A DNA stretch of 63,340 bases, the filler included, from Octopus bimaculoides (taxonomy: Eukaryota), in the NCBI RefSeq assembly GCF_001194135.2. It is 4 parts of 3 records of this genome, joined end to end, with 100 filler letters (N's around TTAATTAATTAA, not from the genome) between each part and the next. Parts side by side here need not be neighbours in the genome. Positions count along the whole stretch, not along the records: positions 1 to 23,280 come from NC_068981.1; 3 more parts are not named here. The stretch is one strand, 5' to 3'. The notes under the pieces are model-generated. The model had not been told where the DNA came from. It searched no databases and was given only the letters and a program-made list of their open reading frames with translations. The translations under genes and the position numbers were made by a program. Positions within the stretch are counted from its first letter, which is position 1. Every line of letters starts with the position of its first letter. Shown piece after piece: positions 10,819 through 23,380 of this stretch.

Positions 10819-11235
10819 AGGCGCAGGAGTGGTCGTGTGGTAAAGAAGTTTGATTCCCAACCTCATGGTTCCAGGTTCAGTCCCACTGCGTGGCATCTTG
10901 GACAAGTGTCGTCTACTATAGCCTCAGGTCAACCAAAGCCTTGTAAGTGGATTTGGTAGATGGAAACTGAAAGAAGTCCGTTGTATGTGTGTGTGTGTGT
11001 GTGTGTGTGCACGCGCGCTCGCTCGCTCGCGCGTTTGTGTCTGTCTCTCCGGCACCACTTTACAACCGGTGTTGGTGCATTTACGTTGTCGTAACTGAGC
11101 GGTTCGGCAAAAGAGACTGATAGAATAAGCAACAATATTAGAACAAAGTACTGGAGTTGATTCGTTCGACAAAAAATCTTCAAGGCGGTGCCCCAGCATG
11201 GCCAGAGTATGATGACTAAAGCAATTCAAATATAA
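10819..11235 (+). mobile_element. SINE family A, full length
   Basis: tRNA-like head GGCGCAGGAGTGGTCGTGTGGTAA...GGTTCAGTCCC, internal (GT)n, 3' GGCGGTGCCCCAGCATGGCC. Confidence 0.92.
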
Positions 11236-12254
11236 ACGATAACATAATTATGAATTGGTGAGAAGGATTTTCTTTCGATTTCTGAGATTCCTTTTAGTTT
11301 TTCGATCTTTCTTTCTTTCACCGTTTAAGGATTTACGATTGAAGATGTGGTCAAATACATTTTATCGATGAGTATTGAGCAGACGTTCATCAGCAAGTAT
11401 CATGTCCCGGGGGTGAGGAGAGAACGCACTCGGTGACATCATAATTAATGTCATTGAGATGTCAATAAAACATTCAGTTTGCAAATAATACAAGAACGCC
11501 TTCCGGTGGCTTCCATTTATCAGAGTGAAATTAGCTCAAGGGTAGAAGGACAATTGTTTGTTGTTCCGGTTAATGCAATAAATCTTAAGGCCCCTTCAAA
11601 CTGCATTCTGCGTTGTGTGCATGTGTGTGCGTGTACACACACACACACACACACACACATACACACACGCCCCCCCCCACCACACACAGAAGCACACAAA
11701 ATGCATTTTCGATACAAAATCCACAGAAGCTGTCCATACACGGCCGTGTTACAAATGTGTAACGCTATGATATGCCAAAGTCCTCTCTCAATATCATCAA
11801 TGTACACTTTACGGACTCTGAGAGATTCTTTGTGGTTACTCAGCTGGCTAGACATCGCAGTAAATTCTCACACTCTCTTGGGAAAGGAAAGACTCTTAAA
11901 TGCCTTAAACATAACATGTTTTCGTTTCTCACGAGTGGGTCGCATTTTATGATAGATCTACTCGATCGCACCTCAGCTGGAGTTGAACGACAACTCTATC
12001 GTATTTCAAATTTCGCTTACATCTCCCGCAGCCTTCATTCATTTTGGACTCGTTTACTGTAAACCTCTGCAAATATGGTGCAAATCATTGTTTTCTGTTG
12101 TTTACAAACAACTGGCTCCCCACATGTTAAAATCATACACTAATTGTGCCCGCCTCCCCACCATCAACAGACGGCACAGAATCAGTGTAGAACAGAGATA
12201 TAACAATCTGGCATCCTTCGACAGGCACACACACGCACACTCATACATAAGCAG

Positions 12255-12570
12255 GCGCTCCGTCGGTGACGACGACGAGTGTTACAGTTGATGCGATCGA
12301 CTGAACAGCCTTCTCGTGAAATTAACGTTCAAGTGGCTGAGCACTCCACGGACACATGTACCCTTAGATTAAAGGCAATTGAACGTGACATAGAATGCGA
12401 CAATGCTAGCCTTTTTGAATTACAGGTACAACTCATTTTTGCCAGCTGAGTGAAATAAAGTGAAATAAAGTGTCTTGCTCAAGAAAACAACGTGCCGGCA
12501 GGAACCAGCAACCGAACTTACGACCTTACAATCGTGATCCGAGGACTGTAACCACTAAGCCATGCTCCTT
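12255..12570 (-). mobile_element. SINE family C (tRNA head, Nin/Deu-like body)
   Basis: 3' half aligns with 51358-51736 (GTACCTGTAATTCAAA..TGTCAC..AAGGGTACA..CACTTG.ACGTTAATTTCA.GAG.AGGCTGTTC..GACGGAG.GCC). Confidence 0.75.
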
Positions 12571-12929
12571 CCCTACTCACACATACAGACGCACCAAGCA
12601 ACTACACAATGACGGGAACAAGACAAAATGTCCTCCGCTCTGATTCCTTGTTGACCCTTTCGGACTCTACTGCCTTTAGACACACAACTGACAATGACCA
12701 CAAGCAAACGGGACCTGTCCGATTGGTTAACAACGCTGCTTTCGCTCAATCACTTAACCTTTCCTCTCTCTATGTCTCTTCTACTGTTAGTACAACGGCC
12801 CCTAGTTTCTGGACTGGCAGAATACATATCGTCTCCCCCACGCCACCAATACTCACTGCGCACCAAACTCTCTCCCCCACACAATTTTACGGCCCCTCCC
12901 CCTCCTACCATTCTTTCGTTTATTCATTT

Positions 12930-13305
12930 ATTCTTTTATTTGTTTCAGTCATTTGACTGTGACCATGCTGGAGTACCACCTTTAGTCGAACAAATCGACT
13001 CCAGGACTTATTCTTTGTAAGCCTAGTGCTCATTCTATCAGTCTCTTTTGCTGAACTGCTATGTTACGAAGACATAAACACACCAACATCGGTTGCCAAG
13101 CGATGGTGGGGGTGCAAACACAGATACTCACACACATATATATATATACGACGGGCTTCTTTCAGTTTCCGTCTACTAAAATCACTCACAAGCCCGAGGC
13201 CATAGTAGGAGACACTTGCCCAAGGCGCTACGCATTGGGACTGAACCCGGAACCATGTGCTTGGAAAGCAAGCTTCTTATCACACAGCCACTCTTGCGCC
13301 TATAA
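12930..13305 (-). mobile_element. SINE family A, full length
   Basis: Collinear with 10819-11235 in the opposite orientation. Confidence 0.92.
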
Positions 13306-13741
13306 CTATTTTGGCTAGTAAACAATTGTCTCCTTGTTTAACAGATGTCTGTTTATAAACGCAGGCTGTCCACCGTTTCTATCAATGACTTTATCCTGTC
13401 ACGCTGTTAACGACAAGGACAGACTTTAATTTTCCATTAAACGTCTAATTATTATTAACAAATAGATGTTTTTGTCTTCATTATGGCTGTGTTGAACCCA
13501 ATTCCAAGGATGTAAGATGAAATCTCAATGTAGGTTGTTTTCATTTGGAACACCTCTACAATTTTTATTTCACCCATGTCTGATGTATAATCAAAATACA
13601 TTCAGAGAAGGTTAGATGCTTTAGTTGTTCGTCCCATCCGAGTGTTAGATATCTTCACACCTCCCAAGAAACCTTGACTTGTCGTTTCTTGTCGATGCTG
13701 CCAACACAAAACCATCACTAAACCATTCTACTCATTTTTAC

Positions 13742-13787
13742 CTGAATAGAACTGGAATCCTTTGTAATTTCCTTCCTTGTAGACGTT
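13742..13787 (-). CDS. Candidate exon B (phase 0->1): NVYKEGNYKGFQFYS
   Basis: tctacatctgcag| acceptor, CAG|gtaaaa donor, 46 nt; all three frames are open, so the frame is inferred from neighbours. Confidence 0.25.
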
Positions 13788-14831
13788 CTGCAGATGTAGA
13801 ACTTTATATTCAAATTGCTTATTAACCACAACAACCCTTCCAGTGTGCAACTGCCTGAAGACGTCACGTGGATTATCCCTCCTCTCCAAGATTCGAAGTA
13901 AATTGCCTATTATTCAAAGATCCTGTCTAATTCTGTGTGTTGCGACTAAAGACCACAGCATGCTCTAGTGTCCATTTTCAAACACGCTTTGGGTCTTCTA
14001 TATTTACGACACAGCGTCTGTGGCAAACGTGATTGCTACAGAAAACAACAACAATAACAACGTTCACAAGTAATAAACTGTGAAGTTGAGAAACTTCATT
14101 AAAATGTCTGAATATCTCTTACAGCGTACATATATTCTCTTTACATTAGCTTCCTAAAACACACACACACACACACACACAAGTGAACCAAGATGTCCAG
14201 TAGTTTCCCTGTCTTTATACAGGAACCATCATTACAAAGAGTGTGTGCAGCAGGTTTCAGGAATAGTTGTTTCTAATGCGATGCGTAAATGTTTGGCGTA
14301 AATCTTTAGAAATGAAGATAGATTTCTTTCTGCCGTTTTTTTTTTTCGTTCTCTGGAATGTCAATAAAACTGATATCCATCATTTATTCTTTGAGAACAT
14401 TTCCTTTGTGAATTGAAACTAATTCGGAATGGAAACTGGTGAGGAATTAGACATCCATCACGTCTCAAGTTGGTGTCATCTGGCTTTGAAATTTCAACAA
14501 TATTAATTAGCATCATGTGACATTGAAATATATTGAACATTAGTAATTTGATTGGTGGAAATATTAAAAGAAAACAACAACTGATGTATATAGATATCAT
14601 TTGAACATAGTTTTGCTATTTTCTATAAGACTTAGTCAAATATCAACTATTTTGTCATTCATATAAAAAAATGAGACAATTGAACACATCACTTAGTGTT
14701 ATAGCAATATTAGTGAAAAACCTTAAATTTTGAAAATTTCTTCCTAACAGAACTAACAGTGGCATCATTTGTTTCAAAGTTATCGTTTATGGATTATTGA
14801 CTAAGTAATACTATAAAACTGGTTTTGATAG

Positions 14832-14990
14832 TAACATCGAAAAATACCTTAGGAATGAGAACCCAGGTTCGAAATTTCCCCCAAGACACCTGGTGAAGGC
14901 TGGAGAGTATATCAGCCGAAACACTGTGTTAACAACAAACAAGATGAGGACAAATATCCATCAAATGTAAATAACGTAAATAATGTAGAG
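14832..14990 (+). mobile_element. Penelope-like terminal-repeat remnant (family P1), copy 2, with a decayed hammerhead motif at 14885-14930
   Basis: GACAC-CTGGTGA-A-GGCTG..CAGCC-GAAAC-ACT-GTGTT; the core and cleavage-site changes differ from those in copy 1. Confidence 0.7.
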
Positions 14991-15012
14991 TAAATTCTTT
15001 TTTTTCTTTTTT

Positions 15013-15226
15013 TTTCTACTCTAGGCACAAGGCCCGAATTATTTGGGGGAGGTGGGGCAGTCGATAAGATAGACCCCTGTACGCAACAGGTACTTAATTA
15101 ATAGACCCCGAAACGATGAAAAGCAAAGTCGACCACGGTGGAATTTGAACTCAGAACATAAAGACAGACGAAATACCGCTAAACATTTCGCCCGGCGCCC
15201 TAACGTTTCTGCCAGCTCGCTGCCTT
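15013..15226 (-). mobile_element. SINE family B, full length
   Basis: Head, central domain and GGCCTTGTGCCTAGAGTAGAAA tail all present. Confidence 0.92.
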
Positions 15227-15602
15227 AAATTCTTGTATATTTTATTGAAACAATCTTCAAGTGAATGTAATTATTCCTTTATCAATTTAACCATTTAACG
15301 TAAATCAAAAAGTTTCCATTCGTGTGTTTGATATTTAGTGAGCGCCACAACCTCATCATTGACCCTATGTTGTTTTTCGTAAATTAAATCGTTTTTTTTT
15401 TTAGTTTTATTTTTATCTTCACATAACACAAGGAATGTTGTAAATCCAAATCCCTCAATCAATTTCCAATTTATCACTGATTCTCATCAACAGATGATCT
15501 CTTGTTCAGAATTTTTTCAGCAAATCTAAAAGAATTTTGTAAACATTTAACCTGTACAACAATACGATGTTGTGATTAAAACTGCGCAATTTGGCATCTT
15601 AC

Positions 15603-15648
15603 CAAAGCTGAAGAATTCCGAGTTAATATTTTACTACTGCTGTTGCCC
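15603..15648 (-). CDS. Candidate exon A (phase 2->0): GNSSSKILTRNSSAL
   Basis: ttattgtttgttag| acceptor, TTG|gtaaga donor, 46 nt, single open frame. Confidence 0.3.
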
Positions 15649-15756
15649 CTAACAAACAATAATTATTTTCTATTTGACAACGTGTTATTTGCGTTCATCA
15701 ATAATTCAGTAGTGTGTGTTACATGTTTCAGTTTAAATGTCTTAATATTGATATTG

Positions 15757-15870
15757 GTTTCAACGTTTGGCACAAGGCCAGCAATTCCAGCCTTGTGCTC
15801 AACTGGTTCTTATTTTATGGAGCCCGAAAGGATGAAAGGCAAAGTCGACCACATTTGAATTCAGAATGTC
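15757..15870 (-). mobile_element. SINE family B, partial and internally deleted
   Basis: Central domain and tail recognisable. Confidence 0.75.
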
Positions 15871-16193
15871 TCAGTTTTAATATTGAAGAAACTATTTCGC
15901 TGAAAGTTAGTTTGCTTTTTCGATTTGTTTATTTCTTTTCCATATTCGTTGTACTTCGTCATTCTTCGGATTATCTTTTTAATACAACTTCAAAATGGAG
16001 TTAACTGTTTTAGATCGTTAAAATGTGTTTAAGAAATCTTGCAGCTTTAGACTGTTATAAATATTGTAGATTGTGTTATTGATGTAACACTTTAACTTCT
16101 CACCGTCGATGTTCAAGTGAAAATGTTCAGTGTGACGTCAAACACCATAAAAAAACAATCACACATTCAATCAATCTATAAACTATAATCAAA

Positions 16194-16851
16194 CAAAAAT
16201 CAATCAAATTGAATTCTCAGTTTAATTAAGAGCAATAATCATTATTTTCATATCATCACTGATTTGTCGCCTAATTCCTGGCACTATTCTTAATTGACCA
16301 AAACTAATCAAATAAGAAATTAATAACTTGTTCGTACTCTACTTGTACTAATTGTATCTATTTTGTACTCATTCTATCTATTTTGTACTGAAAGTTTGGT
16401 ACATTCTAGAATGTTTTAGAAATGTTCTAAATATTTCTATAATTGTCTTTTTTTCCGCCGCCACTGCTGAGAAGTCTGAAAGTGAATGATTTAAAAAATA
16501 TTTCAAATGAAACATTTGAAAATAAAACATCATAATATGTAAAATTGTTAATATATTTCATGACTGTATCACACCTCGTTTGTTTTGTGTGGAAGAATAA
16601 TATGTAATTATTTTACTCGGTGGAGGTAAGTCTAGCGCGTGAAGATCATATGCAAATGAGGACAATTTGTTTTTCTCTCAAGATATTCATCAAATAATAA
16701 ACGTACTTCAGTAGATTTTGAATGCGACATATTAATAATTCTAATTATGCACAAGGACGGGAAGAACTCTTGTGTAATACATACAAGCTGACATACATAC
16801 ACACATGAACACACAAACATACAAACATGCATAGACACAGACACTGACACA
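16194..16851 (-). repeat. Right arm of the ~660-bp inverted repeat
   Basis: See 9128-9786. Confidence 0.95.
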
Positions 16852-17029
16852 CGCTCACAAACACAATACACACACATATTTCAAAGTACTAATAAAACAA
16901 ATGGTGCTGAATAATCTGCTTGGGTACATACCATTTTGAATAACCTCAAATATAATTTATGTTTCCTTTTAAATTTGGGAATAAAGACTAGCTAAACACG
17001 TGACAGGTTCTGAATGTGTATAACTACAC

Positions 17030-19830
17030 AAGACTCTTGCTCATCCGATTGGTTGTCCATCGCTGAGTAAAGGAGAGAATCGTCTCTCTCCAAGAGTGCA
17101 AAACAATTTATATGCTTTGGTTATTGAAGTGAAAGGAATAGAATATATTCAATTTGATTAAATTTTCCTTCTTTCAATTTGTCTCTTAGTTATAGTCTTT
17201 AATATTCGTATAAAGTGTTGCTTAAGGAGCTGCCTTCCTAGTCTTATGGTGTTATGTGCAAATTCGTGTATGCAAACTTGGTCAAGGGATGCACTTCGAC
17301 ACTTGGTGGTTAAAAGATGTTGCCGAAGGGATATGATGAGACATTCAAAGGTGTTTTGGATCGATGCCGCCTTGTTTTCGTTTTAGGCAGAAGCGTTCAA
17401 CGTCGCTGTTGATGTGAACGTTATTTGTGTTAGTATCTTCCGGGTTTCCACATCAATGGCTCGGATCTCATCAAGCGTCCAATCAGGCAGCCCAAATATA
17501 GGTATGAGTAATGGTACATAGCAAACATCATGAGCCACTGTTTTATTGAATGCAGAGAGTTGCGAGGTCCAGATTTTCATTGTCCGACTGTAATATTCTT
17601 TAGTGCCTTGACGCGTACCTTGTTACAAGTGCCACCATAAGATAAGTTTGCATCTACCCATAGGTACCTGTAACATTCCTAATCAGATATAAGGGAAACA
17701 GCTAAGTCATTGATGGAGAGGCTGTTAGTCTGATATACTGTTTTCCCACTTTTCACATCTCTATAGCAGCGTTTATCCCGACCAAACTCCAGCCCTGTAT
17801 CCTTTGAGAATCTTGTTATCAGGTCAAAACTCTTCTTCATCTCATGCAAACTCTTGGGATATAGTTTCAAGTGATCCACAAGGAAGCAGTGTGTAATTTT
17901 ATTATTTCTGTCTCCTTGTGGACCAGCGTGACACCTATTAGAGTTCCTCAACATAAATGACAAGAGGTTTATTGAAAGTATGAACAGTACCACAAAGAGT
18001 CTGTCTCCTTATAATAAACCTATGCAATACTGTATTCTATCAGTGATGATATAATCACGCCATGTATTTAGCTTCAAGGTTGTGAACCACGATGAAATTA
18101 GATCAGTCATGGCCTTGACTATTCTCAATGGAACCTTAGCAAGTCGAAGGGCCCCTGGCATCCATTGGTGGGGAACGGAGTCAAAGGCTTTCTTGTAGTT
18201 GAGCCTCATTGAAACCAGGTTCCTTCTATGATCCCGCACCTCTGACATTACAGTTTTGTTTATCAGTAATTTCTCGGCACATCCCCAGACTCTCTTCTTC
18301 TCAGCTGCTTGTTCTGCTGTGATGGTGTTATTGGTTTCACAATGGTCTTGGAGGAAGAAGCTTAAACATGCTGTATATATTTATACATTAAGTTCTGGTT
18401 GGTAGTTTTTTTCAATGTTGGTAATTCTGCTTTTGGGACTCAGTTTTGTATCTGCCAGAGCTATCCACTGTGGTATGCTGCTAACCCCGTTGAGAATTTG
18501 CTGGTACAGGTTGATAAGATAAGGTCGGTAAAAGGTTAGCGTCTTTTACCAGTACCTAACAATCAGTCTTTTCCATGCGCATTTCCACCCTGAAATTTCT
18601 GTATTACTGTCACAAGTGAACCACATTCAATGCTGTATGTCTTGGGTGCAATGAAGGAACAATAATTACTTCCAACTGTTTCCAGCCACAGAGCTTCTCG
18701 GTTAAACTTCTTCTCTTCGCTCCAGATTTTCCTCCAGAAGGAGTCTATATCTTCTGTGATGTTCAGTGCTTCTCCTCTCATGTCTCTGCTGCTTTGTCAC
18801 GGTTAAATTTTCTTTTTGTTTTTTTTTTGTTTTCTTTCAGTTATTCTTGTACAGGTTCACAGTAGTAGACAGTGCATATAGACAAGCGTTAATCTTCAGA
18901 ATGAGGATTCATTACACTGTTGTAAATACCTCTCTACAATTTCATTGATAGCATTTAATATTGTGTTTGTTGATCTTTTGTTTACGGTGATAGAAAATAC
19001 TCTCTCTTCGAGAGTTCTTCAAAGTCAGTTATTTTTTCTCCAAAAATTTTATAAAGGGCATATTTCACTGACATATCCCTCTGATAACTACTACAATGAT
19101 CGGTGTTGTTGTGCCTACCATTTACCATAGTCAGACTGGTACAAGACGATAACATTCTACCGACGGTAGTCGTAGTAGAGGGACAGTGGTCAGATGCTTT
19201 AACCTGCAATGTAGTTTGGCTGGTGGGGTGTACGGCATCTGTTGGAATGTCGCTAACTGTAAAACCAAGTGGTATTTTAACATCGTCCACACTTTTGTTT
19301 ATTCTGTTTGGAAGAAATTGAATTTCAGATCCTGTTTTGAATAAAGTTACATTCGTTGACTTTCTTCCTATGTTCCACAAATGTTGCTTGTTGGCGTAAT
19401 TGCTTCACAGTAAAATAATTTAGTTCTGGGTGCAGATCGTCCCAGTATGTTTTCAATCTATTCCTAGATCCAACAGCGTCGTTTTGTTCCGCTCTTTTAT
19501 AACAGTTAACTCAATCATTATTCAGTTCGTAACTCCAAGAAAAATGTGTTTTGTAGTTATGGTATTTTTTCTACAGCCAGAAGGAATCTATTTCCCTGTT
19601 GCGCTGTTGTTTTCCTTCTGTTCTTCAATTTTGTTGATGTTGATATGATCAGCCATGTTGCTTGTAGTAACTCTCTGCATGGTAAGGTCAAGTCTCAGCC
19701 GAGAATCAATACGATCGCAAATAAAAGGCTCTCTCAGCTAATTAATTTGAAGATTAACCAGTTATTTAACAGGGCCAATAGTTGTGGCTTCAAAGCTGAA
19801 GATAGTGGTCATCGTATCTCGATAAAGTCT
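17030..19830 (-). mobile_element. Dong/R4-like retrotransposon, ~2.8 kb decayed (N-terminal region + reverse transcriptase)
   Basis: ORFs 18009-18248 (YKKAFDSVPH), 17679-17993 (ITHCFLVDHLKLY, a decayed YMDD region, and GLEFGRDK) and 17383-17580 (IDVETRKILT); multiple stops and frameshifts. Confidence 0.88.
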
Positions 19831-20183
19831 CCCATTCCAAATATACGCGTGTATATATGTATGTATGTATATATATAACTTTTCCAAATGATCGTTGAAT
19901 CCTGTTGTCACAACGTACGATGAAATGTGCTTCATGTACCAAGCGAATTATTGAATTACCCACCAATACTTTTCATCTATTCTCATTCAGAAAATAACAA
20001 AACCATCTTTGAAATGTTTTTCTTATTGTCTTCCACAAACCATTCTTTCTCTGTATAGTTTCTCATTGGAACATGCCTTAATGTTATTATCTCAGAACAT
20101 TTCTCCAAGATATTATCAGACTTCTGTTAGAAATAAACAAAATGCAGAACAAGAAATGTAAGACGATGTAACAAACATCACAA

Positions 20184-20243
<60 letters not shown>

Positions 20244-21037
20244 CGAAATAAACATGGAGAAGAAGGAATCAAAATGAATTTAAGTGTTCTTGTATGGAAA
20301 TAAGTTGAAGAATATCAGAGGAAAGAAAAAAAATATTTAAAACATTGAGTGAATTATATCGGATAAATGTTCTTGAACAGAATGGAAAAAACAAAGAAAA
20401 GGCAGTAGTAGTAGTAGTAGTAGTAGTAGCAGTAGTAGCAGTAGTAGCAATACAGTACAATAAGAACAGAGACATAAACAACAAAATAATGTCAATGCTA
20501 TTGAAATGTTTTATTGAGAGGTGACTGAAGCTATGTGATTTCATCCGAATTACCGAGTATGTTTTAGATTTGAATTTACCTTTGGGCACCTTACATTTAA
20601 AGGTTAAAAAAATAATAAAAGAAACCAACAAAATTCACACAAATCAAATTAAAGACAATGACATAGGAGGAGTAAATAAAATAAAGCTGCAGAAAACAGG
20701 ATCAGATATGAAAGTTTTAATAATTAGTGGCTCGAGGTGAAGGGATTTGAAAGAAATCTTTTTTGTTTTGATGCAACAACGGTTTATATGAAAATATGTC
20801 ACTTGTGTCTGAAGTCATTAGATGAGACATAGAGAGTGAGTAATTGAATGAGTGAGTGAGTGAATGAGAGAGAGAGAGAACACATATAACAGAAAGAGGA
20901 GAAGAGAAATAGTGGGAGAGAAAAATACCTGAAGTAGTCGTGTATAAAGAAAGTAAAAAGTAATATTGACAGATAGATAGACAGAAGGATAACTAGCTAG
21001 CTAGATAAATAAATAGATAGATAAAGAGAGACAGAGA

Positions 21038-21043
<6 letters not shown>

Positions 21044-21082
<39 letters not shown>
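21044..21082. repeat. (GA)n microsatellite
   Basis: Read directly; a longer (GA)n lies at about 22744-22820. Confidence 0.95.
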
Positions 21083-21085
<3 letters not shown>

Positions 21086-22459
21086 TGGATGAACTAAGTT
21101 TAAGAGAGAAAGAGGAAGAAAAGTACTTAATGTTTTAACTTGTGTAATCTTAATGCATAAAATAAATATTGTTTATTCCAAAGTTGCCATCTGTAGAGCT
21201 CTCAATGTCCTCCTCCATCTGCGAGTGTTTCTTTATTCCACCTTTACAGCGAGGAAGCAAGTTAGAGAATAAAAGCAAAAAGATAAATTATAGAGATGTA
21301 TGTATAACTAAATGCGAATGTGTACATGCATATAAATATAGATGTATATATGTATATAAATATAGATGTATATATGTAACGCTTATTTCTTTTTTAATGT
21401 ATTGAATGTTTTCCCTGAAGAGGGCGTTATTTTCTAAGAAACAATGTTCCATTATTGGAATTTAGATGACAACAAAAGTATAAAATTACATCTTGAATTT
21501 TAGACATGGTTTGCATATTTTCCCTGTTGTGCTTCCATATTCTATTTTTAGCGTATACTTTAGCTCGCTTCTTCTTTGCCTGTAAACATCATCATTTCCA
21601 GACTATTTCTGTTTTTTTTTATTAATTTTTTTTTTACCAAATTCCAGTGATTATAGAGACAACTATAAATATAAATTTTGAATAAAAAGAGATGTTGGTT
21701 TTGAAAAATATAACCAAAAATGTTCTTTTTCTAGTTAAATATTAATGAAATGATCGCATCTGATGGGCATCCGACCTCGATAACAGCCCATGATTTTATG
21801 CTTGTATTCCTTCTCAAACAAATATGCTATCATTCATGTTGGATTTACATGTAGCGGAAATTCTGATAAAATTATTGCTGTATTATTGCTATTGATGGAA
21901 TGTGCGCATGGGTTGCACATAAGGATTATTTCGCTAAGGGCAGATTTTCTTCCGGATGTCATTGTAAATTCTTTCAACTGCCATGACACATAAGGGAGGT
22001 AACAACTTGATGGCATCTACGGACAACAGGGAATAAGCTGAATAATGTCTTACAAAATATTTAACCGAATTAACGTTTTTCATTCATTTAAATACTGTTG
22101 CTGTACACCTGTGTTTCACAATTATCTTTTACCTATGAACCCCTTCCATTCCAATTTTATTTCGATGGGACCCTCATAACAATTCAATCTTTAAAAAATC
22201 CTATAGTATTTTTATAATTAATTATAATTAGGAATTGTATTAAAAAATGTTAAAACATCTTGGTTAATTTACAAGTAAAATCAATTTATTGCAAATAAAT
22301 TTTAATAATAAAATCTTACATGGACCTCCAAGGGACATATGGATCCTGGTTGAGAACCACTGCTGTGCACAGAATAATTATCTCCTCCTCGTAGAAACGG
22401 AATCCATTTCTCACATTGGTAATGATATATTCAAAAACATGTTACAATCAAAGACTCAC

Positions 22460-22571
22460 AGACATAGCAAGTTATCTTTGGCATTTATTCTTGATGCCAC
22501 TTCCAAGTATATATTCCATCGACCCAGGCCCACTCCGTCCTCTGTCTCTTGTAATGCAACTAGGACAGAAT
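22460..22571 (-). CDS. Candidate exon X (phase 1->2): (D)SVLVALQETEDGVGLGRWNIYLEVASRINAKDNLLC(L)
   Basis: Strong acceptor ttttgtgcgtcccacag| and donor |gtgagt, 112 nt, one open frame; the best exon candidate in the window. Product not recognised. Confidence 0.4.
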
Positions 22572-22740
22572 CTGTGGGACGCACAAAATTACGCAGTTTT
22601 TTCCTTCAGAACTTGAGTCCCGCGAAGAAGATTTTCTTCTAATATTTGAAAGAGACATCGACCTACAAACGTTCAAACATAACAGGAAGAGTGTAAAGTG
22701 CAACACTTAGAGAGAAAGAGAGAGAAAGAGAGATAGAGAT

Positions 22741-22831
<91 letters not shown>

Positions 22832-23064
22832 ATGAAAGATAATGAAAAGGTTTTTATACACACACGTGAATATATAAAGTGAAATATGTTCTTGGGACGG
22901 CGATAAATTACAGATGTCTTTCACATTAATAAAATATAGAAACGGAAAACAGCGCAAGTTTTAATAATATTTTGTCTTGCAGTGTTTTATAAGACAAACC
23001 TTTTAAGACGTTCTCTGAGACGAAATATGGCATCTAACGTATGTACGTTCAACGCTTGTATGCA

Positions 23065-23098
<34 letters not shown>

Positions 23099-23247
23099 CA
23101 TACATGCATTCATACATACATACATGCATGCATTCATACATACATACATGCATGCATTCATACATACATACATGCATTCATACATACATACATTAGAAAC
23201 CGGTTCTTTCTCTATTGGCAAGAAATCTTGAAATAAACTGAATAATG

Positions 23248-23280
<33 letters not shown>

Positions 23281-23380
23281 NNNNNNNNNNNNNNNNNNNN
23301 NNNNNNNNNNNNNNNNNNNNNNNNTTAATTAATTAANNNNNNNNNNNNNNNNNNNNNNNNNNNNNNNNNNNNNNNNNNNN
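23281..23380. other. Artificial scaffold-join linker (44 N + TTAATTAATTAA + 44 N)
   Basis: Identical 100-bp construct at three places; the core gives stops in all six frames. Confidence 0.95.

Noticed and set aside
10819-10890. tRNA genes
   Set aside because: The A/B-box-like heads continue into SINE bodies and do not complete a cloverleaf; the same holds for the other SINE heads.
16133-16140. Perfect CRE palindrome TGACGTCA beside the right repeat arm
   Set aside because: A single 8-mer is expected about once per window of this size; no supporting promoter evidence.
9128-16851. Interpretation as TIRs of one 7.7-kb DNA transposon
   Set aside because: No target-site duplication, the outer ends fade into (CA)-like sequence, and no transposase remnant lies between the arms.
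21834-22016. Minus-strand exon with strong acceptor (ttccctgttgtccgtag|)
   Set aside because: The frame compatible with upstream candidate X stops after 14 codons; the other frames do not fit the chain. Left out, though it could belong to a different isoform or gene.
23325-23336. TTAATTAATTAA as a conserved regulatory motif
   Set aside because: It is always centred between 44-N runs, so it is an artificial linker.
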